DNA of 62,443 nt, counting the filler, from Collodictyon triciliatum (taxonomy: Eukaryota): NCBI GenBank assembly GCA_043381765.1. It is 4 parts of 4 records of this genome, joined end to end, with 100 filler letters (N's around TTAATTAATTAA, not from the genome) between each part and the next. Parts side by side here need not be neighbours in the genome. Positions count along the whole stretch, not along the records: positions 46,921 to 62,443 come from JBHJMP010001663.1; 3 more parts are not named here. One strand, written 5' to 3'. A model generated the notes under the pieces. It was not told the DNA's origin. It was given only the letters and a program-made list of their open reading frames with translations, and ran no database searches. Below are positions 60,280 through 62,443 of the stretch, one piece after another. The translations under genes were made by a program, and so were the position numbers. The first letter of the stretch is position 1; each line of letters opens with the position of its first letter.

Positions 60280-61539
60280 ATGTCCAGGAAAACCTGTGCA
60301 AGGAAGCCGCCTGCAAGTCTGTCTGATCGGAGAGTATTTTTGCATGATGTCGAGCAAGTCGTTTACAACAAGAACAAGGCCCGCAGACTCACAGATGCGC
60401 TCGCCTCCTTCTTGAAAGCGAACAAACTTTGGGAAGAGTCCATCCTATTGCGCTTACTGGACAGCGAAGGCCTTTGCCTGATAGCCTTCCGCATTACAGA
60501 AAACACCCGAAAGCTTCTGGAACTGAAGCAGGTAAGTTTGATCGATATTACGATCAGCTTCGCTAGAAGTAAACCAACAGAGACCTCGGTGATGCTCTAC
60601 CAACTATCGCTGGACGTGTGGCCGCAACTCCTTTGCGAGGGGCCGAAGCCATTCAGACCGACTCACGTGGAGATTAAAAAGGACAAAGGCTTCTTCACAG
60701 ACACGGCCGTGGTTAGGCTTCTTTGTCATAAGAACCAGCTCCCTGCAAAGTTTACGGTTATGGGCAAAAAGTGTCCAAAGCGCAATCCTCAAAGAGCGTC
60801 CGCCAGCCGCGAACAACGAACGAAAAGTAAAAGCCCCCGCAAAAGAATACACCCGCCAAGTAGATAAGCAACAACGGGGTCAAGGAAGCCAAGGCCAGGC
60901 AACAACATAGTCCGCAAGACTCACAGCAGATACGCGTATACAGCGACAGCGGCGATGACATTGAAGAAAATCTCGGTACCTCTTCATAATCCTTGCACTC
61001 GAGCAATCCAACGCCAACACCGGACAAGCCTGCACGTCGCAAAACCCAAGAGCAGCGCATCTCCAAACCCCGAAAGAAATACCCCTTAAACTACACATTC
61101 AGACTGACGTGAACATGCTTAACATAGGATGCCTCAAGGCAGTCTTCGTTACTTATCCGAAAGGATACTCCAAAGCGAAGGCAACAAAAGAACCAGCACC
61201 CACCAAAGATAGTCCGTTTATCATTCCCAGCCCATTGCACCGAGAACCAAGGAGCAAGAGCAAACAGCACAAGTCGATTCCAAGCTTGGAACTTCACACA
61301 CCAATGAAAGTCAGAGCAAGCAGGAGCGTATGTTTCTAAAACCACAAACGCATATCCATACTCCGGTTAAGCAAAGTCCACTGCTTACTACGCATGGTTC
61401 CGAAACCAGGGGACGGTCAAGCGCCACTTCCGATAATACCAGACAAACAACGATGCATCGCTTTTTGTCAGAGTCGCCCAGCAAGAAACGCAAGGAAAGT
61501 GACCCGTTGTCCCCTCAAAAGACTCATCCTGTGGAATGA
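60280..61539 (+). pseudogene. Intronless, disrupted ORF; possible decayed non-LTR retrotransposon ORF1
   Basis: 195-aa ORF with an RRM-like LINE-ORF1 pattern (TSVMLYQLSLDV...FFTDTAVVRL...LPAKFTVMGK), followed by protein-like P/K/S-rich text broken by stops and frame changes. No RT or endonuclease seen. Confidence 0.35.
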
Positions 61540-61836
61540 AATAGAATGTAAATCTTGTCTGGGATAGACAGCTGAAAGGACTCGTCGGAGTCGGTTTGAT
61601 AAGAAACTGCCACGTGCGTACTTTCATCGACCCAACAACTTTATTTGCTCTTTTACAAGTGTCGAACACAACCAGAAATCGCGTTGGAGATGGTCCACCT
61701 CGGGTAGAATAGTCTGCGTGTGAAAGAACACTTTCTCTCCTTTCTCTCCTTTCTATCTTTCTTTTTCTTTTTCTTTTTCTTTCCACCCAAAACACAAAAC
61801 ACCAACCACACAATCTGGGGGTTTCCACTGTCTTGT

Positions 61837-62339
61837 TCACAGCTCATTTTTTGTCCTAGAGGCAAAGGCGGTTTCCTCGGCTTTGTTTTCTCTCAATAAA
61901 CTGTTGAAATTAAATAAATAAATAAATAAATAAAAAAAAAACGGACACGTAATAATGGCCCTTGAATACAACCATATGGAATTACACTTACATATAATGT
62001 TTGTATTTACTATGTATTTACAAATAGACGAATAGCAATAATTATTTGGGTGGTAATGTATCTTGAAAATAAACAATGAGGAAACTAAAAAAAAAAAAAG
62101 ATTCGGTGGGTAAGATTCATTTTTCCAAGGTATCAACCGTACGTGAAAGTACATATACATTCACCATCCTGTTTGTTTGACAGGGGGTTCGGGGTATTGA
62201 TGAACAACGGGAACAGTGTTAACTACACCAGCATCCTTTTCATTGGTAGACGCTCCGTTCAAATCAATTAAAGCCTGCAGTTTAAGTGCTTCTTCGAGGT
62301 AGTGTGTCAAGCCTATTTGTGGTAGACGTGAATGAGTCG
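61837..62339 (-). CDS. Last two exons of a gene entering from the right edge; product ends in -KNEL
   Basis: Exon ...LTHYLEEALKLQALIDL...PVKQTG with donor at 62164 joins in phase 2 to exon 61900-61837 (CLLRENKAEETAFASRTKNEL*). Confidence 0.55.
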
Positions 62340-62345
62340 CTGCAA

Positions 62346-62443
62346 GCAAAAACAAAAACAAAAACAAAAACAAAAACAAAAACAAAAACAAAAACAAAAA
62401 CAAAAACAAAAACAAAAACAAAAACAAAAACAAAAACAAAAAC
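62346..62443. repeat. (AAAAAC)n microsatellite, probably intronic
   Basis: Perfect hexamer repeat running to the window end. Confidence 0.95.

Overview
Intron-rich, gene-dense nuclear DNA from a eukaryotic microbe. B9D1 suggests a flagellated stage, ATP synthase subunit f implies aerobic mitochondria, and the G-protein gamma subunit is Dictyostelium-like. The genetic code is standard and introns are GT-AG, often filled with microsatellites. I assembled gene models by hand from splice sites, because the ORF track is fragmentary. In order: tRNA-Pro(AGG); BET/GTE bromodomain-ET protein (-); G-gamma (+); acetolactate synthase (-); ATP synthase f (+); polycystin-2/TRPP channel spliced in frame to two ryanodine-receptor (RyR) repeats (+); RPA12 (-); B9D1 (+); RPS20 (-); a ~17.6 kb neurobeachin/LRBA-type BEACH gene apparently carrying N-terminal PH and CLU domains (+); an acidic protein with a FEZ/SCHIP1-like coil (-); AGGF1-like OCRE-FHA protein (-); B-box/coiled-coil/NHL protein (+); unknown coiled-coil gene (-); a possible decayed LINE ORF1 (+); and the 3' end of a gene ending in KNEL (-). 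Best leads: the PKD2-RyR fusion channel, the PH-CLU-BEACH architecture (which spans an assembly spacer), an ALS with three substituted inhibitor-pocket residues, and a G-gamma ending in -CC. Homology calls rest on remembered motifs, not database searches. Three 100-bp N-TTAATTAATTAA-N spacers are assembly artefacts.
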